Assembly (NCBI GenBank): GCA_965247095.1
Contig: OZ251997.1
Span: 1,632,001-1,696,000, forward strand
Source of the DNA: Candidatus Multivorans sp.
GTDB taxonomy: Bacteria; Acidobacteriota; Thermoanaerobaculia; Multivoradales; Multivoraceae
Reading direction: 5' to 3'
Length of the DNA: 64,000 nucleotides
Shown here: one piece after another, positions 48,378 through 59,554 of the stretch
Layout: each line of letters starts with the position of its first letter
How positions within the stretch are numbered: position 1 is the first letter of the stretch
Program-made: the position numbers and the translations under genes
Notes under the pieces: model-generated
The model's database searches: none
The model's input: only the letters and a program-made list of their open reading frames with translations
Told to the model about the DNA's origin: nothing

Positions 48378-49460
48378 TCACCCCGGCCCCGTTCCCACCC
48401 CGCCGCGCCGCGCCGCGGGATAGAGATGGCAGGCCACCTGAGCACCGCCCACGGCTTCCAGGGTCGGCCGCACCCGGTCGCAGTTGTCCAGCACCTTCGG
48501 GCAGCGCGGATGGAAGGCGCAGCCCGGCGGCGGGTTGCGTACGCTCGGCACTTCTCCTGCGATCAGCCGGTGCGGCCTCGCCGCCTCAACCACCGGGTCG
48601 GGCGTCGGTACCGACGCCAGCAGCGCCTCGGTGTACGGGTGTCGCGGCCGCTCGAACAGCTCGTCCCGGTCGGCGACCTCGACGATCCGCCCCAGGTACA
48701 TCACGCCGATCCGATCGCTGAGATGGCGAACTACGGAGAGGTCGTGAGCGATGAACAGATACGTCAGGCCCAGTTTCGCCTGCAGGTCCATCAACAGGTT
48801 GAGCACCTGCGCCTGGATCGAGACGTCGAGGGCCGACACCGCCTCGTCGCAGATCAGAAGATCGGGTTCAAGCGCCAGGGCGCGTGCGATGCCGATCCGC
48901 TGGCGCTGGCCGCCTGAGAACTGGTGCGGGTAGCGATCGCCCATCGCCGGCAGCAGGCCGACCAGGTCGAGCAACTCCGCGACCCGCTCCCGGAAACGGC
49001 GGCGACTGCCGGCCAGGCCGTGGACCTTGAGCGGTTCGCCGACGATCTCCCGCACCCGCATGCGCGGATTGAGCGACCCGAACGGATCCTGGAACACCAT
49101 CTGCATCCGGCGACGAATCGGGCGTAGCTGACGCTGGTTGTAGGCGGAGAGATCCTCGCCGTCGAAGACGATACGCCCCGCCGTGGGCTCAAGCATGCGC
49201 AGGATCGCCATTGCCGTGGTCGACTTGCCGCAGCCGCTCTCCCCCACCAGACCGAAGGTCTCCCCCCGGTTGAGCTCGAATGAAACGCCGTCGACCGCCT
49301 TGATCGAGGCCACCCGGCGGCGCCTCAGGACTCCCTCGTTGACCGGAAAGTGGACCTTCAGATCCTCGACCCGCAGCAACGGATCGGCTCGCCCGACGCC
49401 CGCGCGAATACCGTTGCCCACCTGTTCCGGTGGCCTACGCGCCGCGGCTTCCTTCCCCAT
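48378..49460 (-). CDS. oppF: Peptide ABC transporter ATP-binding subunit (OppF/DppF)
   Basis: [17 protein letters not shown] and GC.FHPRC motifs. Confidence 0.93.
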   Translation of the reverse strand: MGKEAAARRPPEQVGNGIRAGVGRADPLLRVEDLKVHFPVNEGVLRRRRVASIKAVDGVSFELNRGETFGLVGESGCGKSTTAMAILRMLEPTAGRIVFDGEDLSAYNQRQLRPIRRRMQMVFQDPFGSLNPRMRVREIVGEPLKVHGLAGSRRRFRERVAELLDLVGLLPAMGDRYPHQFSGGQRQRIGIARALALEPDLLICDEAVSALDVSIQAQVLNLLMDLQAKLGLTYLFIAHDLSVVRHLSDRIGVMYLGRIVEVADRDELFERPRHPYTEALLASVPTPDPVVEAARPHRLIAGEVPSVRNPPPGCAFHPRCPKVLDNCDRVRPTLEAVGGAQVACHLYPAARRGGVGTGPG

Positions 49461-49482
49461 CAAACCCGCAACCCAGCGCCGG

Positions 49483-50472
49483 CTACGGCGCCCCCTCGTA
49501 TCCGTAGCAGGCCCAAGCCCGCCCCTCCGCCGCGGCGGTAAGCGGCGGCGGCGCTTCAAGGCACCGCTCATGCGTATGCGGGCAGCGCGGAGCGAAGGCG
49601 CAACCCGCGGGCAACGCCGCCAGATCCGGCGGCTGACCGTCGATCGACGCCAGGCGGCCGCCGCAGTCGCCTTCGAGCCGGGGCACAGAGCGCAGCAGTC
49701 CCTGCGTGTAGGGGTGGCGCGGATCCGCGTAGAGCGCCGCGGCGGGGCCGCTTTCTATGATCCGGCCGCCATACATCACCGCCACCCGGTCGGCGTAGCG
49801 GGCCACGACACCGAGGTCGTGCGTGATCAGGATGAGCGCCGAATCCGCCTCCCGGGTGCGCTCCTTGAGCAGCTCCAGGATCTGCGCCTGGACCGTCACG
49901 TCGAGCGCGGTGGTCGGCTCGTCGGCGATCAGCAGACGCGGATGGCACGCGAGCGCCATCGCGATCATGACCCGCTGCCGCATGCCGCCCGAGAACTGGT
50001 GCGGGTAGTCGCCGAGCCGCTTCCCGGCATCGGGAATAGCGACGGACTCGAGGTGCTCCACGGCCTGCGCCAGCGCCTCGCGCCGCTTGAGCCCGCGGTG
50101 CAGGCGCAGCGGCTCGGCGACCTGGCGACCAATCGTCAGCACCGGATTGAGCGACGACATCGGCTCCTGGAAGATCATCGCGACGCGGTTGCCCCTAACC
50201 CTCCGGACACCGGCGTCGTCGAGCGCCAGCAGGTCCTGGCCCTCGAACAGGATACGGCCGTTCTCGATCCGTCCCGGCTCGGGAATCAGCCGCAGGATGG
50301 AGAGCGCGGTGACGCTCTTGCCCGACCCGCTCTCGCCGACGACCGCCAAGGTCTCCCCGGGCGCGACGTCCAGCGACAGTGAGGTCACCGCGCGCACCGG
50401 CGGCCGCCTGCCGCCGTCCCCGCCGCGGAAGGTGACAGTCAGATCCTCGATCCGGAGCAGCGGTTCGCTCAC
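49483..50472 (-). CDS. oppD: Peptide ABC transporter ATP-binding subunit (OppD/DppD)
   Basis: [16 protein letters not shown] and DEPTTALDV motifs. Confidence 0.94.
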   Translation of the reverse strand: MSEPLLRIEDLTVTFRGGDGGRRPPVRAVTSLSLDVAPGETLAVVGESGSGKSVTALSILRLIPEPGRIENGRILFEGQDLLALDDAGVRRVRGNRVAMIFQEPMSSLNPVLTIGRQVAEPLRLHRGLKRREALAQAVEHLESVAIPDAGKRLGDYPHQFSGGMRQRVMIAMALACHPRLLIADEPTTALDVTVQAQILELLKERTREADSALILITHDLGVVARYADRVAVMYGGRIIESGPAAALYADPRHPYTQGLLRSVPRLEGDCGGRLASIDGQPPDLAALPAGCAFAPRCPHTHERCLEAPPPLTAAAEGRAWACYGYEGAP

Positions 50473-50516
50473 GACGGGTCAGGCGCCTCCGCCAACGTGC
50501 GGTGACGGAGTCGCCA

Positions 50517-52289
50517 TCAAAACCCCATCTCCCGCTTCATCTCCTCGTCGATCCACAGCCGCGCGTAGATCGGACCCGGACGCACGGCGCCTGCACGCAG
50601 CTCGCCGCCGTAGTTCTTCACCCACGGCCACCAGGCGGTGTAGATGTAGGGCACGGGCAGCCAGATGTAGGCCGCCTGGTCAAGCATCTCCTTCGTGATC
50701 TGCTTGATGATCCGCTGCCTCTCGGCGTCGTTCCGGGTCAGGAACATCTCATGGATGCGCCGGTCGAGTTCCGGGTCGGACCACATCGACGGGTTCCAGG
50801 TCTGGCCGGTGACGAAGTTCTTGCGCAGCGTGGTCGTCGGGTTCACGTGGCCGCTGCCCATCATGTAGCCGGGACCGTGGGTGCGGGTGGTCATCATCGA
50901 CAGGTACGCCGCGTACTCGACCACCTCGATCTCCATCGTCACCCCGATCCGGTCCAGGTAGCTCGCCAGCAGGGGCGCCAACTCCATCCGCATCGGGTTG
51001 TTGGCCGATACCTGCGCCCGGAACGTGAAGCCGTCCGGGTAGCCCGCCTCGGCGATCAGACGGCGCGCCTTCTCGGGCTTGTACTCGAACAGCTCCTGAA
51101 CCGACGGCGGCATCGCCTCGAGCGGCTCGTAGTAGCCCTCGAAGGAGGGGTGCTGCGGATAGGCGAACAGCTCGGCGTTGCCGCCGAAGAAGAGGTCGAC
51201 GATCTCGCGCTGATCGATCGCCAGATTGATCGCCCGCCGCACCCTCAGATCGTCGAACGGCGCCTGGTCTACCCGCATGACCATGAAGTTTCCGCCGGTC
51301 GACAACCACCGCGACCAGCGCAGTTCCGGCGTCGTTTTCTTCAGGTGATCGACGGCAATCCAGCGGATGGACTCCAGAATGTCGAGCTTGCCCGTGCGCA
51401 GTGCGGTCAGGTACGTCGCCTCATCCTTGATCGTGCGGTAGGTGAGCTGGTCGATGAAGGGGATCTCGTACTTCTCGCCGGCGATCGTCGTCCGGTCCCA
51501 GTAAGCCGGGTTGCGAGCGTACGTCTGGGAGTTGCCCGAGATGAACCGCGCCAGCGAAAACGGGCCGGTGCCTGTGACATTGCGCCAGTCCTTCGCGTCC
51601 ACGTCGCCCAACTCGCGCGGCACGATGCCTGAGAAGTAGCCGTAGCCGAAGCGGTAGTCCCACTCGGCGTTGAACTCGCCGAACTCGAACACCACGGTGT
51701 GGTCGTCCCGGGCCGCGACACGGTCGATGTGATCGAAGTAGGTCGGGATCGCCTTTGGGCTGTCGCGCAGGCGCTCGAAGCTGAAGACGACGTCGTGGGC
51801 GTCCAGCTCGCGCCGCGCCATGACCCCCGGCTTGTCGGCAAAGTAGACGCCGCGGCGCAACGCGATGACCAGCGTCAGCGGGTCCTCCCACTCCCAGCTC
51901 TCCGCCAGCTCGCCGCGAATCGTCTCGGGGGACAGGTAGGCCTCGGAAACGAATCGCTGGTCGCCGCCCCGGACCGCCGCCTGGGCCAGATCGCCGACGA
52001 AGAGTTGCTCGTAGAACATCCCCGTGTCGTGGTTCTGCTTCCAGTTCCAGTCCGCCGTGTCCCAAGACAGCGCCGACAAGGTGACGTAGACCGTGCCGAC
52101 GTTCAGGTCGCCGCCGTAGCGCGGCGGCTCGGCCGCGCTCAGAGCCGGCTCGAAGGACAGGTCGCTTCCCATATCGGTGCCCAGGGCGTGACGGCGATCC
52201 GGCCCGCCGAGGCACGCGCACAGAAGTACGGTAAGAGCGCAGACGACGACCAGCCAGGCCGGCCGCGAAGCTGAAGTTTGTTCGTTCAA
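50517..52289 (-). CDS. ABC substrate-binding protein, family 5
   Basis: ELAESWE, DVVFSFER, GTGPF and DLRVRRAINLAID motifs; TTG start overlaps the oppC stop. Confidence 0.9.
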   Translation of the reverse strand: MNEQTSASRPAWLVVVCALTVLLCACLGGPDRRHALGTDMGSDLSFEPALSAAEPPRYGGDLNVGTVYVTLSALSWDTADWNWKQNHDTGMFYEQLFVGDLAQAAVRGGDQRFVSEAYLSPETIRGELAESWEWEDPLTLVIALRRGVYFADKPGVMARRELDAHDVVFSFERLRDSPKAIPTYFDHIDRVAARDDHTVVFEFGEFNAEWDYRFGYGYFSGIVPRELGDVDAKDWRNVTGTGPFSLARFISGNSQTYARNPAYWDRTTIAGEKYEIPFIDQLTYRTIKDEATYLTALRTGKLDILESIRWIAVDHLKKTTPELRWSRWLSTGGNFMVMRVDQAPFDDLRVRRAINLAIDQREIVDLFFGGNAELFAYPQHPSFEGYYEPLEAMPPSVQELFEYKPEKARRLIAEAGYPDGFTFRAQVSANNPMRMELAPLLASYLDRIGVTMEIEVVEYAAYLSMMTTRTHGPGYMMGSGHVNPTTTLRKNFVTGQTWNPSMWSDPELDRRIHEMFLTRNDAERQRIIKQITKEMLDQAAYIWLPVPYIYTAWWPWVKNYGGELRAGAVRPGPIYARLWIDEEMKREMGF

Positions 52290-53182
52290 GTGCCCCTCAT
52301 CCGTGGATCGAGAAGGTCGCGCAACGCGTCGCCGAAGATGTTCGCCGAATAGACGACCACCGTCAGACAGACGCCCGGCGCCAGCGCCAGCCAGGGTCCC
52401 AGGTAGAGGTAGGTGCGACCGTCGCCGCTCAGCATGCCGCCCCAGGTGGGCGCCGGCGGCGGTACCCCCAGGCCCAGAAACGAGAGCGCCGCCTCCGACA
52501 GGATGACGGCGCCGACGCGGGTCGTGAACAGCACGATGACGACCGGCATCACGTTCGGCAGAATGTGCCGCCGGAGGATGTGGAAGGTGCCGGCGCCGAC
52601 CGACTGTGCGGCCTGGGTATAGACGTGCTCGCGCACCGAGGTCGTAGCACCCCGCACGATCCGCGACCCGGCGATGCCGTAGAGCAGGCCGAGGATGATC
52701 ACGATCTGCGTGATCCCCGGACCGACCACGGACACGATGACGATCAGCAGCACGAGGTCCGGGAAGGTCATCCAGGCGTCGACCAGGCGCTGCGTGAGCA
52801 GGTCGAACCAGCCGCCGAGATAGCCCGAGAGCAAGCCGATCACGATCGACACCACGGTCGCCAAGCCGGCGGCGCAGAAGCCGACGATCATGGACAGGCG
52901 CGCCCCCATCAGGACCCGCGAGAACAGGTCGCGGCCGAGGTGGTCGGTGCCGAGCAGGAACTGCCGGGACGGCGGCTCGAGGCGATGCACCAGGTCGGTC
53001 TCGTTGATGCCGTACGGGGCGAGCACGCCGGCGAAGACGCCGCTCAGCAGGAAGATCAGGAACAGCACGGCGCCGGCGGCGCCCAGCGGCTTGGTCCGGA
53101 ACAGGCGCACGGTGAACCGCCACCAGCGAGGCCGGCCTCGCTCGGGCAGGACCCCAGGGCCCGCTGCGGCGACGGTTGTCAT
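52286..53182 (-). CDS. oppC: Peptide ABC permease (OppC)
   Basis: LGTDHLGRD, RHILPN and EAALSFLGLG motifs. Confidence 0.93.
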   Translation of the reverse strand: MTTVAAAGPGVLPERGRPRWWRFTVRLFRTKPLGAAGAVLFLIFLLSGVFAGVLAPYGINETDLVHRLEPPSRQFLLGTDHLGRDLFSRVLMGARLSMIVGFCAAGLATVVSIVIGLLSGYLGGWFDLLTQRLVDAWMTFPDLVLLIVIVSVVGPGITQIVIILGLLYGIAGSRIVRGATTSVREHVYTQAAQSVGAGTFHILRRHILPNVMPVVIVLFTTRVGAVILSEAALSFLGLGVPPPAPTWGGMLSGDGRTYLYLGPWLALAPGVCLTVVVYSANIFGDALRDLLDPRMRGT

Positions 53183-53189
53183 CCAGCGA

Positions 53190-54140
<951 letters not shown>

Positions 54141-54342
54141 GGAAGGCGTCAGAGAATACAGGCGCGCGGAACCTCATGGGGACACTGCCGTCCCCGAAAG
54201 GCGACAGCCGTCAGTACCTGCCGGCCTCAGGGCGGCGGATTCCGCGACCGCGTACGCAACCGGCGGACCGCGCCGCCCGGCCTCGACCTTGCATTCTCTA
54301 CGCCAGTGCCGGGAACCGCCCGGTTAACCTCCAAGCAGAGCC

Positions 54343-56370
54343 GTGCTCATCCACGTCCCAACTCCGCTCGGCCTCTGCCGGGCGACATCGGTGGGGGCCG
54401 TCCTCGCCGTCATCGCCTTCGGGGCTGCGACCGCGCCGCCCACTCACGCCCAGGTGGAGCCCGCCCGCGGCGCCCCCGGATCCGGCGCCGCCGAAGTTAC
54501 CGTTGCCCTGGAAGGCTCCTGGGTCCGGAACGCGGAACTCAGCGATGACCCGGTCGAGCGCCTCGCCAGCCACTTCGTTGAAGGCTTCGTCTCGGGCTGG
54601 CTGCGGGAGTTCGCCGAAGACCTTGCCAACCGCCGCCGCAGCCTCGTGATCGACTTCGCTGGGCAGGACGTTCTGGTTCGAAACGCCAAGCGCGAGAACC
54701 TCAATGTGCGGACCGATGGCTACGCCCGGTACGACAGCGAGGGCAACCTGACCACCGTCTTCCTCGCCGAGGATTCGCTCGAGATCGTCACGCAGGGAAC
54801 CGGTCAGGCTTGGCTCTGGATCGAGACGATCTACCGGCGGGGCGAGCGGCTGGTCCACCTGACCGAAACCCAGAACTTCTCGACCCCCGAGTTCCTCTTC
54901 CAGACCGTGTACGACCACGCCGACGGCAAGCCGCCCCCGGGGCGGCCTGCCAAGGTCGAGCAGGGCCGCTTCGTGAGGCCGGCCGCGATCCGCATCGTGC
55001 CGCCACGACGCCAGTACCGGGGACTACTCTCCGGTCCGGTCGAGGTCCAGACCCTGGTCATCGATCCGTTGATCCAGTCGGTCGAGTTCTTCCTCGACGG
55101 CGTGCGGGCGAAGGAAGCCAGGAAACCGCCGTATGTGGCCCGCGTCCGGCTCGACGACCCTCCCCGCCCACAGACGCTGGAGGTTCGGGCCTACACCGAC
55201 CCGGGAAAGCTCGCCGGCACCGACCGCATCATTCTCAACCGGCTCGACTCGGCATTCGGAGTCCGCATTGCAGAGATTCGATCGGTAGGCCGGGCAGGCT
55301 CTTCGGCGCTCCGCGTCGCAGCCAGCGTTTCCGTGCCGCGTGCCGCGGCCCTCGAACGCGTTGCGTTCTACCGCAGCGATCATCCGGTTGCCACGTTCGA
55401 CGACCTCGACCCAGCCGCGAATCGCGGTGAGGCACGCACCATCCCAGTCGACGCGCTGATCGAGGGCGTCTCGCCCGGCGACTTCGTCCGCGTCACGGCG
55501 CAGCTCGCCGACGGCCGGGAGATGGAGGACGCCGAACTCCTCCAGGGCGCCGAGCACCGCAGCGAGATCGATGTGCAACTCGTGCAGCTCCAGGTCCTCG
55601 TTGTCGACCGCGACGGCGACCCGGTAGGCGAACTCAAAGCGGAGGACTTCGAGATTCGCGAGAGCGGCGCCTGGCGCCCGGCGGAGAACCTGCACGTCTC
55701 GGACGACGTCCCCCTGGTTCTCGGCGTCGCCATCGACTCGTCGGAAAGCATGTACCTGGTCTGGCGCCAGTTGCACGACGTGCTCCGCGTCTTCTTTGAA
55801 GGGGCTCTGGCCGACGACGATCGAGCCTTCCTGGTCGACTTCGACCACACGGTTCGGCCGCTCCAGCCGCTGACTGGAAGCCGGCCCCTGCTCAAGGCCA
55901 GACTCCATCGGCTGCTTGCCCAGGGCGGCACCGCGCTGAACGACGGGATCCTGTTCTCCCTCCTCCAGTTCCGGAATGAGCAGGGCCGCCGGGCCCTGAT
56001 CGTTGTCACCGACGGCGACGACCTCCACAGCCGCTCCAAGCGCGCGCAGGTCACCGAGTACGCCGAACGAACGGGGGTCCCCATCTACTTCATCGCTCTC
56101 GGTTGGAACGATCCTCGGAGTCCCCTCATCAGGAGACTCAGCCGGCAAACCGGTGGCCGCCTGTTCCGCATCCACCCCGGCCAGTCGCGGGCCGCCCTGG
56201 CAAGAGAGATGGAGCAGGTCTTCGACCGGATCAACGAGGACCTCCGGCATCAGCACGTGCTGACGTACTACAGCGAGCACCCGCAGGGAGCGGACGTCGA
56301 GCCGGAGGTTCGGACGACGCGCAAGGGTCTCACCGTGAAGAGCGTGCTGCCGCTCGAGGCGCTTCAATAG
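54343..56370 (+). CDS. Secreted VWA-domain protein with Ig-like domains, paralog 1
   Basis: Signal; VEFFLDG; MIDAS DSSES...T...TDG. Confidence 0.88.
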   Translation: MLIHVPTPLGLCRATSVGAVLAVIAFGAATAPPTHAQVEPARGAPGSGAAEVTVALEGSWVRNAELSDDPVERLASHFVEGFVSGWLREFAEDLANRRRSLVIDFAGQDVLVRNAKRENLNVRTDGYARYDSEGNLTTVFLAEDSLEIVTQGTGQAWLWIETIYRRGERLVHLTETQNFSTPEFLFQTVYDHADGKPPPGRPAKVEQGRFVRPAAIRIVPPRRQYRGLLSGPVEVQTLVIDPLIQSVEFFLDGVRAKEARKPPYVARVRLDDPPRPQTLEVRAYTDPGKLAGTDRIILNRLDSAFGVRIAEIRSVGRAGSSALRVAASVSVPRAAALERVAFYRSDHPVATFDDLDPAANRGEARTIPVDALIEGVSPGDFVRVTAQLADGREMEDAELLQGAEHRSEIDVQLVQLQVLVVDRDGDPVGELKAEDFEIRESGAWRPAENLHVSDDVPLVLGVAIDSSESMYLVWRQLHDVLRVFFEGALADDDRAFLVDFDHTVRPLQPLTGSRPLLKARLHRLLAQGGTALNDGILFSLLQFRNEQGRRALIVVTDGDDLHSRSKRAQVTEYAERTGVPIYFIALGWNDPRSPLIRRLSRQTGGRLFRIHPGQSRAALAREMEQVFDRINEDLRHQHVLTYYSEHPQGADVEPEVRTTRKGLTVKSVLPLEALQ

Positions 56371-56430
56371 CGCCGCCAAGCGCCTCGCAGGCTCGGACTT
56401 GGCCCCATCCCCCACCGAACGGTCTCCCAC

Positions 56431-57186
56431 GTGATCGCGACCGTCATCCTGCTGACGGTGCTCGCGACGGCGGTCATCTCCGGCGTGCTCGGCATGGCCG
56501 GGGGCCTGGCGCTGATGGCCGTGCTCACGAGCCTCCTCCCCATAAGCGGCGCGATGATCCTGCACGGCGCCGTCCAGGCTGCTTCGAACGGCGCGCGCTT
56601 CGTGTTTCTGCGCGACCGCATGATGTGGGGCGTCCTGCCCTGGTACGCCGCGGGCGCCGCCTTCTCGGTCCTCGTGTTCGTATCGCTCGCCGTCGTCCCC
56701 GACCCGGCGCTGGTGCTGATCCTGGTCGGTAGCTTCCCCTGGCTGGCCCGGCTGCTGCCGACGCTGCGGGGGCTGGACGTGCGCAACCCCAGGACGGCCG
56801 CCGCCTGCGGCGCGACCGTTACCGCGGCGCAGCTCCTGGCCGGCGCTTCCGGGCCCCTGCTGGACGCGTTCTACCTCGAGACCGATGTGGACCGGCGCAC
56901 GATCGTCGCCACGAAGGCGTTCAGCCAGACCGTCGGACATCTGCTCAAGATCGGCTACTACGTCTGGGTCTCGCGCACCGTGCTCACGGAGCTGCCCGGA
57001 AGCGTGCTTACGCCCTGGTTGATCGCCGGAGGCATGGCCCTCGCCGTGGTCGGCGCGCGGATCGGCACGCTCCTGCTCGGCCGGCTCGACGATCGCCAGT
57101 TCCGGCGGGTCACGGGACCGGTGATCCTGGGGCTCGGAGCAGTGTGCGTGGCGAAGGGCGTGCGCGAGTTGCTGCTGGCGGGTTAG
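56431..57186 (+). CDS. TauE/SafE (TSUP) family transporter
   Basis: SGVLGMAGG and GASGP motifs; multiple TM helices. Confidence 0.85.
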   Translation: MIATVILLTVLATAVISGVLGMAGGLALMAVLTSLLPISGAMILHGAVQAASNGARFVFLRDRMMWGVLPWYAAGAAFSVLVFVSLAVVPDPALVLILVGSFPWLARLLPTLRGLDVRNPRTAAACGATVTAAQLLAGASGPLLDAFYLETDVDRRTIVATKAFSQTVGHLLKIGYYVWVSRTVLTELPGSVLTPWLIAGGMALAVVGARIGTLLLGRLDDRQFRRVTGPVILGLGAVCVAKGVRELLLAG

Positions 57187-57248
57187 GCGTCTGCGCGTTT
57201 GCCGTTGGCCTGTATCCTGCATCCATTCGTCTCGGCTTTCGTCTCACC

Positions 57249-59534
57249 ATGACCAGGAACCCCGACAACCGGCGCCAATGGCTGCGCCATGGCCGCGTTC
57301 GACCGGCAGCGCTGACTGCGGGCATCCTCGGCCTCGCCCTCTGCCTGCCGACTGGGCACCCGGTACGCGCCCAGGAGCGGCACCCTGACGGCGACGCCGC
57401 AACCACGGCCTCGAGCGACCCGATTGCAGCCCTCTCCGGCATCTGGATTCGTGACGAGCGGCTGAGCGAGAACCCCATCGAGAAACTCGAGGAGGCCTAC
57501 GGTTCGACCTTCGGCGGCGGACCCGGACGATCGGGGGGCGCAACGCCGGGCAGCGGCCCAACGACCGGCTCCGGCCCTGGCGGCCAGGGCCGTTTCGGCG
57601 GTTCCGGCGCCGGACGCGGTGGAGGACGGCCGGGCAGCAACCAGGACGCTTCACCCGGTATGCGGGAGACGGCCAGAGAACTCGCGGAACGGCTCGATGT
57701 CCTGCTGATCCAGGTCGAGCGACCCCGGCTCCTGATCCGGAATGCGAAGCGCGAAGACCGCATCCTCTTCCTCGACGGACGCGACACCGCGGGCGACCTC
57801 GGCGGCCGCAGCCGCGCCCGCGTCGTCGGAGACTCCCTTGAGGTCGAGACCTCCACCCCGAACCGGCAGCGGATCGAGACCTTCTTCCTGGAGGGCGAGC
57901 AACTCGTGCTGGTGACGGATGTACAGGGCGGAAGCTTCGCCGACCTGTCGTTCCGCACCGTCTACGAGCGCTCCGGCGACGCCCCGCCCAGCGTCATGCC
58001 GCCACCGGCGACCCGAACGGCCGACGCCGCCCCCGCCCCCGACGACGGTGGTTTCAACAAGGCTGACTACCTGCCGCCGGTCAGAGGCGGCTCGAACAGG
58101 CGGTCCGAGCGCGCCGACTCCGCCCGCAGCGCCCGGCCCGCGACGATTCGCATCCTGCCTCCTGAGAAGGGCTACCGCGAACTCCTCACAGGCCGCATCC
58201 TGATCCAGACCCTGACCATTGATCCGCAGATCGCCGTGGTCGAGTTCCTGCTCGACGGCGAGGAGACAGCCCGCGCCACCCTGCCGCCGTTCGAGGCGCG
58301 GATCGAACTCGCCGATCCGCCGCGCGAGCACACCATCGAGGTCAAGGCCTACGGCGCCCGCGGCGCCTACGCGGGCAGCGACAAGATCGTCCTGAACCGC
58401 CTCGATCCTCCCTTCGCGGTACGGATCGCGGGCATCGGCCCGACCCGTAGCACAGGCGAACAGGCGGTACGGGTCGAGGCCGGCATCTCGGTCCCGCGCA
58501 CCGAAACCCTGGCACGGGTCGAGTTCTACCGCACGGAACAACTCGTCGCAGCCTTCGAGCACTTCGAAGGGGAGGCGGGGCCGAGCGGCGTGCGAAACGT
58601 CATCGCCGACGTGCCAACGTCCGGCGTCTCGCCCCAGGACTTCGTCCGGGTGGTGGCCCGCCTCGGCGACGGCCGGGAACTCGAGGATGTCGAACTGCTC
58701 CAGGGCGCCGAGTTCAGCAGCGAGATCGACGTCCAGCTCGTGCAACTTCAGGTTCTGGTCGTGGACCGCCGCGGCAACCCGGTCGGCGGCCTCAGGCCGG
58801 AGGACTTCGAAGTACGGGAGAACGGCGAAAGGCGCCAGGTCGAGAGACTCTTCGTCTCGAACGACGTGCCGTTATCCCTGGGCCTGGCGATCGACTCCTC
58901 CGGCAGCATGGAACCCATCTGGCAGCAGACCAACTCCATCGCCGCGGCGTTCTTCGACGGCGCGCTGACCTGGCGCGACCAGGCGTTCCTGGTCGACTTC
59001 GACTCCACCCTGCGGCTCGTGCAACCGCTCACGGGCAGCAAAGCGATGCTGGCCCGCGGCCTGGAGCGGCTCTTCCCCCAGGGCAACACCGCCCTCTACG
59101 ACGCGATCCTGTTCTCCCTGCTCCAGTACGGCGACGCGCCCGGACGCCGCGCCCTGGTCGTGGTCACCGACGGATACGACGGCGCCAGCCGCTCCGACCC
59201 GACCCGCGCGATCGACTTCGGAAAGCGCCTGGGCGTGCCGGTCTACGTCGTCGCCATGCGCTCGGTCGGTTTCGGCCCGACCACGATGGACGAGGCGAAC
59301 CTGCGCAACAGCATGCGTCTGATCACCGGTCCTAGCGGCGGCCGCCTGTTTCAGATCGAGTCGGTCGCCCAGATGGCAGACGTGTTCGACCACATCGAGG
59401 ACGAGCTCCGACGGCAGTACGTGCTGACCTACTACAGCGAGCGCCCCTTCGGCACCGCACTCGAACCGGAGGTCAGGGTGACCAGGAAGGGGCTCAAGGT
59501 GCGGAGCGCCCTGCCGCTCGACGCGATCGAGTAG
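57249..59534 (+). CDS. Secreted VWA-domain protein, paralog 2
   Basis: MIDAS DSSGS; Gly-rich insert; same architecture as paralog 1. Confidence 0.88.
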   Translation: MTRNPDNRRQWLRHGRVRPAALTAGILGLALCLPTGHPVRAQERHPDGDAATTASSDPIAALSGIWIRDERLSENPIEKLEEAYGSTFGGGPGRSGGATPGSGPTTGSGPGGQGRFGGSGAGRGGGRPGSNQDASPGMRETARELAERLDVLLIQVERPRLLIRNAKREDRILFLDGRDTAGDLGGRSRARVVGDSLEVETSTPNRQRIETFFLEGEQLVLVTDVQGGSFADLSFRTVYERSGDAPPSVMPPPATRTADAAPAPDDGGFNKADYLPPVRGGSNRRSERADSARSARPATIRILPPEKGYRELLTGRILIQTLTIDPQIAVVEFLLDGEETARATLPPFEARIELADPPREHTIEVKAYGARGAYAGSDKIVLNRLDPPFAVRIAGIGPTRSTGEQAVRVEAGISVPRTETLARVEFYRTEQLVAAFEHFEGEAGPSGVRNVIADVPTSGVSPQDFVRVVARLGDGRELEDVELLQGAEFSSEIDVQLVQLQVLVVDRRGNPVGGLRPEDFEVRENGERRQVERLFVSNDVPLSLGLAIDSSGSMEPIWQQTNSIAAAFFDGALTWRDQAFLVDFDSTLRLVQPLTGSKAMLARGLERLFPQGNTALYDAILFSLLQYGDAPGRRALVVVTDGYDGASRSDPTRAIDFGKRLGVPVYVVAMRSVGFGPTTMDEANLRNSMRLITGPSGGRLFQIESVAQMADVFDHIEDELRRQYVLTYYSERPFGTALEPEVRVTRKGLKVRSALPLDAIE

Positions 59535-59554
59535 TCCGCCGGGAAGAAACACCC

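Noticed and set aside
45124-53123. Long N-terminal extensions in the ORF track (715-aa, 545-aa and 868-aa ORFs; also 609 aa at 14829 and 676 aa at 26869)
   Set aside because: The extensions overlap neighbouring real genes out of frame; better starts with an RBS or stop/start overlap exist downstream.
54150-54330. Possible riboswitch between oppB and the VWA gene (GAAA-capped hairpin near 54190-54207)
   Set aside because: The stem is imperfect and I cannot match a known aptamer; an Rfam/Infernal scan would be needed.
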